This document shows positions 61,733-64,000 of a DNA stretch of 64,000 bases, in pieces. Below the pieces are notes generated by a model that saw only the letters and a list, made by a program, of their open reading frames with translations, was not told where the DNA came from and did not search any database. Where the stretch lies: the NCBI GenBank assembly GCA_965235115.1, contig OZ249437.1, forward strand, positions 18,662,001 to 18,726,000, given 5' to 3'. This DNA comes from Laetmonice hystrix (taxonomy: Eukaryota). Numbering within the stretch: the stretch's first letter is position 1; every line of letters starts with the position of its first letter. A program made the position numbers and the translations under genes.

Positions 61733-62078
61733 GTGGAATGAAGGAAGTATTGCTACACCTGCAGCCCAGACACTCTCGCGTGTGTATTACCTGTCAGATA
61801 TGATCGATCACCCACATGCCTGCCTCAGTCCCCCATAATATTGCTCACGATAGCGGCTACAACATAACGTGCCTCATTCAGCGACTCGAGCAGACGGCCC
61901 CTTCCAATCCATCCCCAGGATGGAAGGAAGGTAGAGGAAGGTTGCCGGATACCAGTCAGTCAGTTCTACCCGAACCCGGGTGGTGCCCCCACCCCCTGCA
62001 CGTCTGTTGTAGAAGGCGTCCGCCCCACCCATCCACTCACAATACCCTCCCTTCTACAGGATACAGGCACGGGCCCAG

Positions 62079-62204
62079 GGCCCAGTTCACAAACAAAGTC
62101 AAGTCAATTTTAATTGACTTGAAGTCAATTTTACTTGAATCTGATTGGTTAAAATGGATTTCAAGTTAATTAAAATTGACTTGACTTTGTTTGTGAACCG
62201 GGCC
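62079..62204. mobile_element. 126-bp foldback MITE, CAG TSD (PIF/Harbinger-like)
   Basis: cag|GGCCCAGTTCACAAACAAAGTCAAGTCAATTTTAAT...ATTAAAATTGACTTGACTTTGTTTGTGAACCGGGCC|cag. Confidence 0.85.
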
Positions 62205-63417
62205 CAGGACTTTCCAAAAAGGGGGTTGGGGGGGGGGGTTTGTTAGGGGGGAATTCAGCAGGGTCAGTTCAGAGTTCTATGAGGGGAAAAAAAAGAAAAA
62301 TCAGTTACCAAAGGAGAAGAGGGGCCTATGTAGGTGAGCTAGGCCTAGAGGTGCCATCTGGCCAACACATTGTTTCTTCACACAAGGAGCCTGTTATGTT
62401 CCTGCCTCCCATTACAATGAGCACGTCGAGAGTATACCCCCAGCTCTCATAGGCGACTCCCAGACTTGAGTTCTGTCTGTTTACATTGGCTGGCTGACCT
62501 GGGGACCAGACTCGACATTGTCACTGCTAGAAAATGACCCGTCAAGCACGCCCGAAACGTCTAATTTATAGCCGCCTAAAGCTGCTCGGTGGCTCCCCCT
62601 GGGAGTGGGCTGGTGGCGGTGCATGTCCTCGTACATTAGAGGCACGACGACACTTTACCGATTCGGACCGACCTTGAAGTCACCGTCTGGCGAGTCGGTC
62701 TGACCAAAATTCGGCAACACGTTTATTTAGTCGATTTGATACCAATAAACTGTCCAGCAAGTGTTTTAAGATATCAAACGTATGTAATACTAGTCTGTGT
62801 TAAGTCTGCCTCAAGTCCTGCATGTCGGAAGTAGGTCTCTCCTTCATTGTGATGAACCTTGATATAATTGGTAATTTAGTCGCAGGTCTCAGGGTCAAAG
62901 GGTTCCTTACCCCCCCCCCCCCCCCCCCCCAAGGAATGTGAAAAGTAAAGTCGGTATTAAATGGTTATCATATTCCTGCTTCGTATTCTGAATCTTCTCT
63001 TTGTACATTAAGAAAACAAGATGAAAGGTACTGGCGATCGAAAGGGAGTAGGGACTGACTTAGAGTCTGAAACGAACATAATAGAAAAAATACTGCCCCC
63101 CCCCCCCCCACCCGAATATCTCATGATCCGCCTTACACTATCGCCTGGTCCCAGGACAGAGTCCGATAACGAATGGTGGATCTTTAGGCGCGGATCCAAC
63201 ACCTCAGCGGATCCTGGCAGAGGCAGTGTTCTCTGGATCATTACCCGCGCCAATATGGGGTATTATCCAATTCTTCCCCATCGGCCATTCCCTACCCTTC
63301 TCCCAACCCCAACCCCCGCTCCCACGCTCCAGGTGATGGCAAAGTGCAGTTACTCTGCCGTTACTGTTGGCGGCGCCCTTGGTCGACTCAACTCACGCTC
63401 AAACTTTTCTTTCATAG

Positions 63418-63760
63418 TCACGCAGGTTTTCAACAATGACAGTCAAAGTTTTGTATCATAGTCAGGTTTTCAGCAATGACGGTCAACGTTTTGTATCATA
63501 GTCAGGTTTTCATCAATGACGGTCAACGTTTTGTATCATAGTCAGGTTTTCATCAATGACGGTCAAACTTTTGTATCATAGTCAGGTTTTCAACAATGAC
63601 GGTCAAACTTTTGTATCATAGTCAGGTTTTCAACAATGACGGTCAAACTTTTGTATCATAGTCAGGTTTTCAGCAATGACGGTCAAACTTTTGTATCATA
63701 GTCAGGTTTTCAACAATGACGGTCAAACTTTTGTATCATAGTCAGGTTTTCAACAATGAC
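63418..63760. repeat. 40-bp minisatellite x~8.5
   Basis: Unit tcatagtcaggttttcaacaatgacggtcaaacttttgta. Confidence 0.97.
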
Positions 63761-64000
63761 GCTTCACTTGACAAGATTACCTCGGAGGTAATGGTGTAGA
63801 ATGGCAGTGGCGGTTACTGTGAGGGAGCAGGGTTGGGGGCGTACCTACCCCTATGTAAAATCCTCACCCCACCCCTGAATAGTGAACAGAAAGTATTTCT
63901 CGGTAAATATGCCAAGTCAGCGCTTAGCCGTCAACCGGAAGTGTTATACGCCATTCCGATGTGGGTGTTGGTTGGGCCGATAATATAGTAAATGTTGGTA

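Noticed and set aside
1901-63760. CRISPR-like arrays
   Set aside because: All arrays are head-to-tail repeats without unique spacers, in spliced eukaryotic DNA with no cas genes.

Overview
Animal genomic DNA, probably a marine invertebrate (spiralian affinity is an inference from protein style; no taxon is provable here). Positions ~5.3-26.0 kb (minus strand) hold one large spliced gene that I assembled by hand from GT-AG exons with matching phases. It has 23 coding exons (6028 nt, ~2009 codons) encoding signal peptide - VWA1 - linker - VWA2 - linker - VWA3 - linker - VWA4 - EGF - VWA5 - EGF - VWA6 - EGF - VWA7 - EGF - VWA8 - linker - VWA9 - EGF. This is a secreted matrilin/collagen-VI-N-terminus-like matrix protein with no collagen helix visible; its 3' end is unresolved. 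Three linker micro-exons (54, 63, 72 nt) are not recognisable from the ORF track. VWA6 has lost its MIDAS metal site. Many introns are filled with minisatellites that start almost exactly at splice sites, and one amplifies the splice donor itself. Several arrays carry tandem copies of canonical transcription-factor motifs (CRE, E-box, X-box, ETS). The remaining ~38 kb has no confident protein-coding exon: more minisatellites, MITEs (TA-TSD and CAG-TSD types), an old dispersed repeat and weak promoter/first-exon candidates. No rRNA, tRNA or CRISPR array is supported.
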